A stretch of 64,000 nucleotides of DNA from Candidatus Latescibacterota bacterium. GTDB lineage: Bacteria; Latescibacterota; UBA2968; GCA-2709665. The notes beneath the pieces are model-generated. The model did no database searches and was not told the DNA's origin. It saw nothing but the letters and a program-made list of their open reading frames with translations. Position numbers and translations under genes: made by a program. How positions within the stretch are numbered: position 1 is the first letter of the stretch; every line of letters starts with the position of its first letter. The stretch is taken from contig OZ250150.1 of NCBI GenBank assembly GCA_965237675.1, positions 3,680,001-3,744,000 of the forward strand, read 5' to 3'. This document shows positions 38,789 through 47,109 of the stretch, in pieces.

Positions 38789-39714
38789 ATTGGAAGATAC
38801 CGGGGTTTGTGGCTCCGACGCGGATCCCAGCAGAGGGCGTGGAAGATCAGTCGGAAAATATCCATTTTTTCGACCTTCGGGCGACGACGGAAAATATCGC
38901 ACCCTTCGGTGCAGATCTTGTCGAGGATTCGCAACCCGCCCAGCCAGGTCAACCGGAGTTCGTATCTGAGTCGGCCCGAGACCAGATCCGGCAGTTCGGA
39001 CCCCTTTTGGAATAGTACTCGGGTGCGGTCGATTTCGCAGGCCAGGAGGGCCCTGAAGCCGTCGGTGAGCCGTCTATCGGCCAGATCATCTTCCGTGACG
39101 CCGAAACGAGCCATGTCCTCCTGGGGCAGATAGATGCGACCCCGGGAAAAGTCGATTGCGATGTCCTGCCAAAAGTTGGCCAGTTGAAGTGCCGTGCAGA
39201 TCAGATCGGAAAGATATCGGCGGCGTTCGTCCCTGTACGCGAACAGATGCAGTATGAGGCGGCCCACCGGTGCGGCGGAGTATCGGCAGTAAGCCAGCAG
39301 ATGGTTGAACGTCCGATGCCGGTGTGTGACCACGTCCATTTTGAATGCATGGAGCAGGTCGTGCAGATGTTGGCGAGGGATCTGCTGGGACCGGATCGTT
39401 TCGGCCAGGGCAGTTAGTATGGGGCCTTCGGGCGCTTCCAGGCATGTACCCAGTTTTGCCTCCCATTCGTCCAGCCGTTCCGTACGTTCGTCGGGAGTCA
39501 GGCCGGGTTCATCGGCCAGGTCGTCGGCAGTACGTGCGAAGGCATAGATGCTATACACGTGAGGCCTAATCCGGGCGGGAATCAGGCGAGAACCCACCGG
39601 GAAGTTTTCGTAGTGGCTTCTTGTCAGGGCTTCGCAATAGGCAAACGCGTCGTTCAGTGTCGGGGCGGCGGGTGCATACGGAAATGAGTGCGCAGGATTG
39701 GCATTGGGATCCAT
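38785..39714 (-). CDS. hpnC: Hydroxysqualene synthase
   Basis: HYENFPVGS, YAFARTADDLADE, ICTALQLANFWQD. Confidence 0.92.
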   Translation of the reverse strand: MDPNANPAHSFPYAPAAPTLNDAFAYCEALTRSHYENFPVGSRLIPARIRPHVYSIYAFARTADDLADEPGLTPDERTERLDEWEAKLGTCLEAPEGPILTALAETIRSQQIPRQHLHDLLHAFKMDVVTHRHRTFNHLLAYCRYSAAPVGRLILHLFAYRDERRRYLSDLICTALQLANFWQDIAIDFSRGRIYLPQEDMARFGVTEDDLADRRLTDGFRALLACEIDRTRVLFQKGSELPDLVSGRLRYELRLTWLGGLRILDKICTEGCDIFRRRPKVEKMDIFRLIFHALCWDPRRSHKPRYLPI

Positions 39715-39808
39715 GTGTAAAAGATAATTGGAAATATTCGACTTCGCCACCTGTTTGTAACCAAAGAACCAACCTGTATGGGTCATCAGAATGCAAGGAG
39801 ATGCTTGA

Positions 39809-40420
39809 ATGACCGAACGTACACGGGCGGCTGCCGGCCCGCGCGTCATCCCGCCGGCGGGAAGTGAGGAGAAATATCACCAAGTCCACGTCTATTACGG
39901 ATTCGGAAAGGGAAAGACGACGTGTTGTGTGGGGCTGGCAATCCGTGTCCTGGGGGCCGGAGGACAGGTGGCCCTGGTGCAGTTCGACAAGGGGTACGAC
40001 GGAGAAACCGAGCATTACTCCGAGCGCCACATATTGAGGAAACTGGACCGAATCGAGCTGCATCCGACGGGATGTGAACGCATGATGCAGGATGGGTCGT
40101 TTCGATTCGGAGCGGAGCCTCAGGACATTGAGGAGGCCCGGCGCGGGCTGGAACTTGCCCGGCTGCTGGTACGGGAGGGAACACAGGATCTGCTGATTCT
40201 GGATGAGATCCTGGCGGCGGTTGCCTACGGTCTGCTGGAACGACAGGACGTGATGGCATTGCTGGATCTGTACGACGCGGACCGCCGGTGCGAACTGGCG
40301 CTTTCAGGACACAAGGTCTGGGACGCACTTGTGGAGCGAGTCAATCTGGTGACAGAGATGCGAAAGGTGAAGCACTACTATGCGCAGGGGATTCCCGCTC
40401 GGAAGGGAATTGAATTTTAG
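39809..40420 (+). CDS. cobO: Cob(I)alamin adenosyltransferase, CobA/CobO/BtuR type
   Basis: VYYGFGKGKTT, VQFDKG, ILDEI, VTEMRKVKHYY..GI.ARKGIEF. Confidence 0.88.
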   Translation: MTERTRAAAGPRVIPPAGSEEKYHQVHVYYGFGKGKTTCCVGLAIRVLGAGGQVALVQFDKGYDGETEHYSERHILRKLDRIELHPTGCERMMQDGSFRFGAEPQDIEEARRGLELARLLVREGTQDLLILDEILAAVAYGLLERQDVMALLDLYDADRRCELALSGHKVWDALVERVNLVTEMRKVKHYYAQGIPARKGIEF

Positions 40421-40725
40421 CGTTCCGGCTCGGGTGCGTGGAGCCGGCGGGTTACGGACGCATCATTCGATGCTGGGGCGTTTGCGCGGCGCGCGCCTGC
40501 ATACCGGGTGCCCGTCCGGCCATGCGTCCGGACAAACACACGAAGTGGTCGCGTGCCCGCCAACCGGTGCAGGTGTGGTTGTGACGAGGTGAATGCGCGG
40601 TATGACCAAATCGCCTGCCGTCAAGGGATGGGGAGATTCTGTGCTCCGGGTATCGGAAAAGTGTTTGTTTCGCCCTGCCTGCGCGTTTATCTTGCGGTCG
40701 TTTCGCGTTATGCGATGTCTTTCCA

Positions 40726-40768
40726 CAAAAACAGACCCCCGGATCTTTGTTCCAGAGGTCTGTTTTTG
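40726..40768. terminator. Bidirectional terminator
   Basis: CAAAAACAGACC...GGTCTGTTTTTG between convergent cobO and vapC. Confidence 0.7.
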
Positions 40769-40775
40769 GCTGAAT

Positions 40776-41207
40776 TCAGGTATATTCAATCGGCGCTCGA
40801 ACTTCAAGGCTTTCAAAACGGGAAAAATGCCGGCGGTCGAACGTATAGACGACCTTTATGTCTTGCGACAGCAACCAGGCCGCGCTATATGCGTCTCCGA
40901 AATCCACGTTCTTGTCTACATAGTCGGAAATGGCCTGGGCAATGAAAATTCGATCGCCGACTTCCAAACCGGGCGTATTTATAATAGCCCTGACCTTGGC
41001 TTGGATATCGACGCGGGGGAGTTTGTAGAACGACTCCAGAGTCCAGACGATCTCAGCGATCACCAGAATGCCGGTTACAAGCGCAATCTCGCCGGCACCT
41101 GCCCGGCGCAAACGAGACTCTACTGCATCGGCCTGCTCCGGGACATCATTAGTCAGGTAGCGCAAAAATACATGGGTATCGGCAAATACGCGTTCAGGAA
41201 CCGCCAT
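40776..41207 (-). CDS. vapC: PIN-domain toxin (VapC)
   Basis: ADTHVFLRYL, VIAEIVWTL, DFGDAY, YTFDRRHF acidic tetrad. Confidence 0.9.
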   Translation of the reverse strand: MAVPERVFADTHVFLRYLTNDVPEQADAVESRLRRAGAGEIALVTGILVIAEIVWTLESFYKLPRVDIQAKVRAIINTPGLEVGDRIFIAQAISDYVDKNVDFGDAYSAAWLLSQDIKVVYTFDRRHFSRFESLEVRAPIEYT

Positions 41208-41445
41208 ATGTTCTCTTACGGGCCTGGGTTTTCCGAACCTGGGCACGAATGCCGTCGAAATCCTGTGGGCCGGAAACAGGTACGCTTCCCCGCAGATCCA
41301 GCAAGGTTTGGTTCAGAGGCTGAACCGAGAACCCGTGGCGTCGTCGAACGAAGACAATATGATCGCCCTCCTGAACGTCGAGTGCTTTGCGAACCTCCCG
41401 GGGCAAGGTCAACTGACCACGACGTCCCACTTTTGCAATCGGCAT
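41194..41445 (-). CDS. AbrB/MazE/SpoVT antitoxin
   Basis: AKVGRRGQLTLPREVRKALDVQEGD; overlaps the toxin start. Confidence 0.9.
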   Translation of the reverse strand: MPIAKVGRRGQLTLPREVRKALDVQEGDHIVFVRRRHGFSVQPLNQTLLDLRGSVPVSGPQDFDGIRAQVRKTQARKRTYGGS

Positions 41446-41483
41446 AGAAATCTCTTTAATGAACGGACGAATTTGAAATTGAC

Positions 41484-41515
41484 TGTCACATTTAAATATA
41501 CCTGACAATATGCAA
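41484..41515 (-). promoter_or_regulatory. Toxin-antitoxin promoter/operator
   Basis: TGTCA-14 nt-TGACA inverted repeat in an AT-rich stretch next to a minus-strand TTGCAT. Confidence 0.4.
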
Positions 41516-41613
41516 GTTGTTTCTGTGACTTGGAAATGGCTCCGTCGGCAGTACCTGTAGTTCAAACGCCAAGAGCCGGTCGGGATTGTCCAATATTGGA
41601 GTGATGCCAGCAC

Positions 41614-44013
41614 ATGGGGAACAGGAACCTGTTACACAGGGGTCGGGTGGCGCTTAGAGGGGCCACTGCGCCCCAAGTCGCATGCCTCTGGGACGGCAAC
41701 ATCGAAACCGCGGCGCAATGGCCGTCGGTGTCGGGAGAGTGCGGGTTCGAGGTCGGGTTCGACGACCCCGTCGCGTGCGATGTGGTGGTGCTTCGATGGA
41801 AGGCGATGCCTGCGGATTACGATGTTGATGTTCGCGCGTCCGGCGCGTGGAAGACGCTGGAATCGATTCGAAACAACGTCGTACTTGGGCCCAGGGTGAA
41901 ACTCCTTCTGCTCGACGGTGTCCTAACCGAGGGGCTGCGGGTTCGGATCTTGCGTCCGGTAAGCAAAGATCTGCACGGCAGAGAGCCTGACCCGGGCGGG
42001 GTTGTCGCCCTGTACGGGGTCGAGGTATACGCGGCAAATCGGCTTCCCTCCTATATCCGGTCATTTCTGCAGCGAGATACGCCGAGCCTGGTTACAATCC
42101 CGGCAGGCAGGCCGGGGCCTGGCCATGAGACGCCGGACCCTTCCTTGTTGGATGCCGGGATCCCCACGTGGGAGCCCATCCCGAAAGATCGCTACAACTG
42201 GCAACGGACCGGGCGGGTGATAAACGAAAAGGATCATGCAAGACGCGCGGTCCTGCATGGGTGTGCAAACGCGTATGCGATTACCAGCGACCAGAGGTAC
42301 GCGCTGAAAGCGCGGGATGCATTGCTGGCAAATCTGGCGCATTACGATCGATACCAGTCGTTTCGATTTATCGGAATAAACTGGAAAGCGGTAACCTTCC
42401 AGGATCCCGCGTATAATTTGAGGGAAACGACCGAAGCGTACGACCTGCTCGCTTCGTCGCCGCATCTTACGCTTTCGGACCGGTTGCGTTTTCTCTTCTT
42501 CCTCGTGGACCTCGGCGAGTTTCAATATCTGGCAATGAGGGATCGCTTCGAGGCACGGGAGAACTGGGCGTCGTGTTCGTTGGCCGAGATGGTCTTTCTG
42601 GCCTGTTATCTGGAGGATTTTCCAGAGGTGGGCCGCTGGTTGAAGCTGGCCGATGAATTGTATGGATCCTGTTTCGAGCCCTTCCTGGACGACGGATACT
42701 GGTGGGAATGTTCGCCTTCGCATTCGGTCTATATGATCAGGGGAATGTGCAGGTACGCGCTGGGCAAGTATCTGATGGGAGATCCCGTGTGGTCGAACGC
42801 GCATAACGGCAAATCGCTGGAGTTCGTGCTGGAGGCCCTGTGCAAGACAATGACACCGTTCGGGGAAATCCCCTCCATCAACGATTCCAACGGTAACGAC
42901 AGCCATCTGCTGACGGACTTTCCGGAACTCCGGGTTCCGCTTTACCTGATCGGGCGCGGAGACCTGTTGCGGATGGCGATGGATTTCCGGGAGGCGCCGT
43001 CCATGCGCGGGGTGGAACTCAGGCCGGTCCGGCAGGAGGATCCTCCCTACACCTCGGTGTTGTTGCCGGATGCCGGGTTGGCGGTGATGCGGGATGGATG
43101 GTCGAAAGAGGACGCGTACCTTATTTTCGATTTCGGGCCGCACGGGGGTGGGCATGGGCACCCGGACAAGCTGAGCTTCGCCATGTTCGCCAATGGACAT
43201 CACTGGATTCCGGATGCATCGAATTCGCCACATTACTGCATTTTTCCTGAACAGGCCACCTGGCACAAGCAGACCCTATCACACAATACCGTGCTGGCGA
43301 ACAATGAGAGCCAGAAAGCATGCACAGGCGAACTGGTGTATTGGCGCACCGACGATGACATTGATATGGTCTGTGCGAAACATCGCGAAGGCTACGAGGG
43401 CCTGGTACACCGCCGTACGATTGTTCATCCCCGGGGCGGATATTTTCTGATCCACGACGCGCTCGATGCTGAAATCGATGAATTCAACCTGGACTGGCTG
43501 TTGCACGTCTATGGCGAGGTCGAGTCACAGGCGGCGGGCAGGGTGTGTTTCCAGAATGGCAATGGCAACCAACGCCTGTTGTGGCTCTCCGATGATATCG
43601 GATCCGCGCCTCTGCCGGTTCACCGGGGCCTCTGCGGCGGTTTCCGGAAACAGGCCTGGACAGGTCAGGGGTATCCGCCCAAAGGGGGGCCGGGTTGGAT
43701 CTATATTCCGTATTTTCGACTGCCGAAACGGATCGCGTCCGGGGGCGGGCGCGCCGAGTTTTTTTCCGTATTGTATCCATTTATCGCAGACGCGCCGGAC
43801 GTGGTCATCGAACGTGTCGACGACCGGTCGGGGCGGGCTTCGGGAATCAGGATCATGCATAATGGCGTAGTGGATGTCTATGCCGGTGCCGTTCCCGGAT
43901 ACGATCCGGGGCGGGATGGCGCCTTTAGATGCGGGAATTTAACCGGACGTTCCAAAGCCGTATTCGTGCGACGCTACGGCTCGGACGCGGTCTATCGGAA
44001 GGATTGTGATTGA
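41614..44013 (+). CDS. Heparinase II/III-like lyase with N-terminal discoidin/CBM32-like domain
   Basis: NW..., DGYWWECSPSH, PSINDS, AVMRDGW...FDFGPHGGGHGHPDKLSF, SHNTV. Confidence 0.8.
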   Translation: MGNRNLLHRGRVALRGATAPQVACLWDGNIETAAQWPSVSGECGFEVGFDDPVACDVVVLRWKAMPADYDVDVRASGAWKTLESIRNNVVLGPRVKLLLLDGVLTEGLRVRILRPVSKDLHGREPDPGGVVALYGVEVYAANRLPSYIRSFLQRDTPSLVTIPAGRPGPGHETPDPSLLDAGIPTWEPIPKDRYNWQRTGRVINEKDHARRAVLHGCANAYAITSDQRYALKARDALLANLAHYDRYQSFRFIGINWKAVTFQDPAYNLRETTEAYDLLASSPHLTLSDRLRFLFFLVDLGEFQYLAMRDRFEARENWASCSLAEMVFLACYLEDFPEVGRWLKLADELYGSCFEPFLDDGYWWECSPSHSVYMIRGMCRYALGKYLMGDPVWSNAHNGKSLEFVLEALCKTMTPFGEIPSINDSNGNDSHLLTDFPELRVPLYLIGRGDLLRMAMDFREAPSMRGVELRPVRQEDPPYTSVLLPDAGLAVMRDGWSKEDAYLIFDFGPHGGGHGHPDKLSFAMFANGHHWIPDASNSPHYCIFPEQATWHKQTLSHNTVLANNESQKACTGELVYWRTDDDIDMVCAKHREGYEGLVHRRTIVHPRGGYFLIHDALDAEIDEFNLDWLLHVYGEVESQAAGRVCFQNGNGNQRLLWLSDDIGSAPLPVHRGLCGGFRKQAWTGQGYPPKGGPGWIYIPYFRLPKRIASGGGRAEFFSVLYPFIADAPDVVIERVDDRSGRASGIRIMHNGVVDVYAGAVPGYDPGRDGAFRCGNLTGRSKAVFVRRYGSDAVYRKDCD

Positions 44014-44115
44014 TCGCCGGCCCTGCTCCGGGTTCCGACGATCCGCTCGTTGGTTCTGGAATGCGGCGCCTGGCGTCGGTGTGGCCGGATCCGTCCCGGG
44101 GCGAGGGGGTGTAAT

Positions 44116-44910
44116 TTGAACAGCGAACACATCTTTGAAGGGTTGGATGGCCGGCAGCGATCCGCGAAGCCCCGGGACCAGGGGTTGACCATGGTGGTGG
44201 ACTGGGGTCTCGGGTCGGGGGCGCAGTCTGATTTGATAGAGACCGCGGCCCCTTTTTTTGACTTTGCGAAGGTGGCTGTCGGCATTTCGAGGCTATTGAC
44301 CAACGATGTGCTGACAGCGAAAATCAGGCGCTATCTGGACCGCGGTATTGAACCGTTTCCGGGCGGGCAATACTTGGAATACGCGGAGGTGCAAGGCAAG
44401 GCCGACCTTTACTTGCCGGCCGTGGTTTCCGCCGGCTATCGCTGGGTCGAGGTGTCGGACAACCTCGCGGTGGTGACGCACGAATGGAAGCTGAGAATGA
44501 TCCGGCAGGCGGTAAACGTCCACGGACTTATGGTGTTGGGGGAGGTCGGACAGAAGGAAGGACTGAACGTGGGTATTCCCATGGCGGATGATGTGAAGGC
44601 GTGTCTGGGCGCGGGAGCCCGTATCGTGCTGTTGGAAGCCGCCGAACTGGTCAGCGATGAGGCCGGCGTTGTCCGGCAGGTCGAGCAGGCCGTGAAGGCC
44701 GCCGGCCTGGAAAACGTTATGTTCGAATTGCCGGGACCGTGGATTGAAGGCGTGAACCCGCACGACATCCACAGGATGCGGCGGAGCCTTATAGACCGGT
44801 ACGGCCCGGAAGTAAATCTGGGCAACGTGCTGCCGGATGATCTGATGACGCTGGAAGCATATCGCCGAGAGCTGGGCGTCAATGCGGGAAGCGCCCCGGA
44901 AGAGGAGTGA
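44116..44910 (+). CDS. Phosphosulfolactate synthase (ComA)-like protein, divergent
   Basis: R.AKPR.QGLTMVVDWGL, VEVSD, GEVGQK, EVNLGNV...LEAYR; TTG start inferred. Confidence 0.8.
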   Translation: MNSEHIFEGLDGRQRSAKPRDQGLTMVVDWGLGSGAQSDLIETAAPFFDFAKVAVGISRLLTNDVLTAKIRRYLDRGIEPFPGGQYLEYAEVQGKADLYLPAVVSAGYRWVEVSDNLAVVTHEWKLRMIRQAVNVHGLMVLGEVGQKEGLNVGIPMADDVKACLGAGARIVLLEAAELVSDEAGVVRQVEQAVKAAGLENVMFELPGPWIEGVNPHDIHRMRRSLIDRYGPEVNLGNVLPDDLMTLEAYRRELGVNAGSAPEEE

Positions 44911-44913
44911 TCG

Positions 44914-46104
44914 ATGAGATTGGCGGATTCGAATGGCGGGATTCTGATCGACGACGAGTTTCCGTGCGCCAGTGCTGGAGAGATGCGTATAGCGCCTGAG
45001 GGATTTTATGAGATAGGCTACCGCCCCGAGGCGATCCCCCGGTGGTTTCAGGATCTGCTCGATGAATTATTCGATGGAGCCGGGGTCCCGAAGGAATATA
45101 TGGCGCACGTACGAATACGCGATACGGCCGACGCCAGGCAGCGGGTGAAGCTCCGATTTCTGTTGAGCAAAAAGGGGTCGAACTATATGTATCCCCCCTG
45201 GTGGGTATGGCGGGAGAATACGGGTTGGGCATGGTTGCCGCGTGAAGATACGGACTATCACGAGCACGAATTTATGGACGTGGATGTGGATATCCATCCG
45301 GGAGAAACCGTCCGGATCGCCTCCGCGCCCTATGAGACACCCGATACGGTACTTGAGAAGGCAAGACGGTTGGCCGAATACTCCGACATCTGGACCTGTC
45401 GAGAGATAGGCACATCCGCCCAGGGACGACCGCTTCCGGTGCTGGAGTCGCAGCCGCGCGAACTCAAACTGCTGATCGATGCGACCATGCAGTCTTGCGA
45501 GCCGGTGTCGTGGGGCATTATGCATGTGGCACACTGGCTGACCATCCCGACAGCGCGGGCGCAAAGACTCTTGGAGCAGGTGCAGTTCTGCCTCATGCCG
45601 ATGCTGAATCCGGACGGCGTCTATGTGGGCCATAGCGTTACCAACGCCGTCGGAGAGGTACCCAAGTTCGGAATCAACAATCTGGTGGAAGGCAAGGGTG
45701 CTCCGAAGGAAACCGGGGCGCTCTGGAACTATCTGCTGGATACCAGACCGGATGCGTCGATTGAAGTGCATGCACATTTTACCCGGGAGGGATTTACCCG
45801 GAGTATCGGTATGCACGACAAGGATTCCATGCCGAACCATTTGAGGCCAAAGGGCGCCATACTTGAGGCGGCGATCAGGGAGAATTACCACGTGGAGCCG
45901 CTCCAGAACCGGCGGGTATTGATCGACCCGCGAGAGCCGGAGCTCGATGTCTACGGAGACCGGTATGTGAGCGAACATGCAGGTACGATTCGAACGTTTC
46001 TGCAGGCGGTTCCCGACAGTATCGAGTCCCACTGTGCCGACGTGAGGGAAATGGCCGAGACCATCGCGAATGCTCTGATTACGTGGAAAGCCCGCGGCGG
46101 ATAG
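44914..46104 (+). CDS. M14 zinc carboxypeptidase-like protein, degenerate
   Basis: IGTSAQGRPL, MPMLNPDGV..G, KET.A, IEVH. Confidence 0.7.
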   Translation: MRLADSNGGILIDDEFPCASAGEMRIAPEGFYEIGYRPEAIPRWFQDLLDELFDGAGVPKEYMAHVRIRDTADARQRVKLRFLLSKKGSNYMYPPWWVWRENTGWAWLPREDTDYHEHEFMDVDVDIHPGETVRIASAPYETPDTVLEKARRLAEYSDIWTCREIGTSAQGRPLPVLESQPRELKLLIDATMQSCEPVSWGIMHVAHWLTIPTARAQRLLEQVQFCLMPMLNPDGVYVGHSVTNAVGEVPKFGINNLVEGKGAPKETGALWNYLLDTRPDASIEVHAHFTREGFTRSIGMHDKDSMPNHLRPKGAILEAAIRENYHVEPLQNRRVLIDPREPELDVYGDRYVSEHAGTIRTFLQAVPDSIESHCADVREMAETIANALITWKARGG

Positions 46105-46245
46105 GTAGAAACGGAGTGTCCGGCTGTCCGGAACGAGCCTCCCCCGCCGACAGGAACGATAGAGAGCGGGTCAAAGGGCGTGCCGCTGTTCCCGGGATCG
46201 CATCTTCAGCAGCAGGTTCGTTGGAGGGTTTAACGAAAGGAGTCG

Positions 46246-47040
46246 ATGGTGAAAATTGGTGTGACACAGATCATTCTGGGTCGGCTTTCGCTGGACGAGA
46301 CGCTGGAGTTGTGCGGGGTCGCCGGCTATGAGGCCCTGGAACTGGTGTTTAGCGAAGGCGGAGATCCCGACGTGAATATGAGCGACGATGAGATCCGGGC
46401 GGTACGACGAAAATGTGATGACGCCGGACTCGAAATTGGCAGTTCGATAGCGCAATACGCGGATCGCGGGAATTTCTTGAGTTTGAATACCAGCGACCGT
46501 GAGCAGGGCGTCAGGTGCCTGGTGCGATCGATTGAAATCGCGCACGCTCTGGGTATCGACGCGGTGCTGCTGCATCCCGGCCAACTCACGTCCGAGGGCA
46601 CGTATGAACAGGCCTGGGACGGGATGTCGGGCGCGATCACGGATGTGGCTCGGTTGGCAGAGGAGAAGGGAGTCTCCGTGGGTATCGAGAACGTATGGAA
46701 CAAGTTCCTGTTGAGTCCTCACGAGATGGCCGCGTTTGTGGATGGCGTGGGGAGCCCGCGGGTAGGGACCTATCTCGACACCGCGAACATGATGGCATAC
46801 GGTTTCCCCGAACACTGGATTCGGGGCCTCGGAAGACGTATTGTAAGGGTGCATTTCAAGGATTTCAGGCGCAGCGAACACCGATTTGTGGATCTCATGG
46901 ACGGCGATACCGACTGGCCCGCGGTGATGGCCGAACTGCGCGCCATCGGATATCGTTCTCCGGTGGTCCACGAGGTTTCGGGGAGTAACGACGCGCAGAT
47001 TGAGACGGCACGGCGAATGAGAAAGATTGTGGCGATGTAG
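46246..47040 (+). CDS. Sugar phosphate isomerase/epimerase (xylose isomerase-like TIM barrel)
   Basis: IENVWNKFLLSP, YLDTAN, VHFKD, GDTDW, HE. Confidence 0.9.
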   Translation: MVKIGVTQIILGRLSLDETLELCGVAGYEALELVFSEGGDPDVNMSDDEIRAVRRKCDDAGLEIGSSIAQYADRGNFLSLNTSDREQGVRCLVRSIEIAHALGIDAVLLHPGQLTSEGTYEQAWDGMSGAITDVARLAEEKGVSVGIENVWNKFLLSPHEMAAFVDGVGSPRVGTYLDTANMMAYGFPEHWIRGLGRRIVRVHFKDFRRSEHRFVDLMDGDTDWPAVMAELRAIGYRSPVVHEVSGSNDAQIETARRMRKIVAM

Positions 47041-47109
47041 GTACGATTTGCTGTGCTTCAGAAGTCGGGAACTCAATTCCCGGCCCTGATGATTGATCGA
47101 GGAGTGCGG

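Noticed and set aside
38018-39133. 371-aa + strand ORF
   Set aside because: Antisense shadow of hpnC/hpnD
39714-39809. Cobalamin riboswitch upstream of cobO
   Set aside because: Only about 95 bp of divergent intergenic space and no B12-box-like sequence
40593-41447. 284-aa + strand ORF across the toxin-antitoxin pair
   Set aside because: Antisense to clear PIN and AbrB genes; no motif
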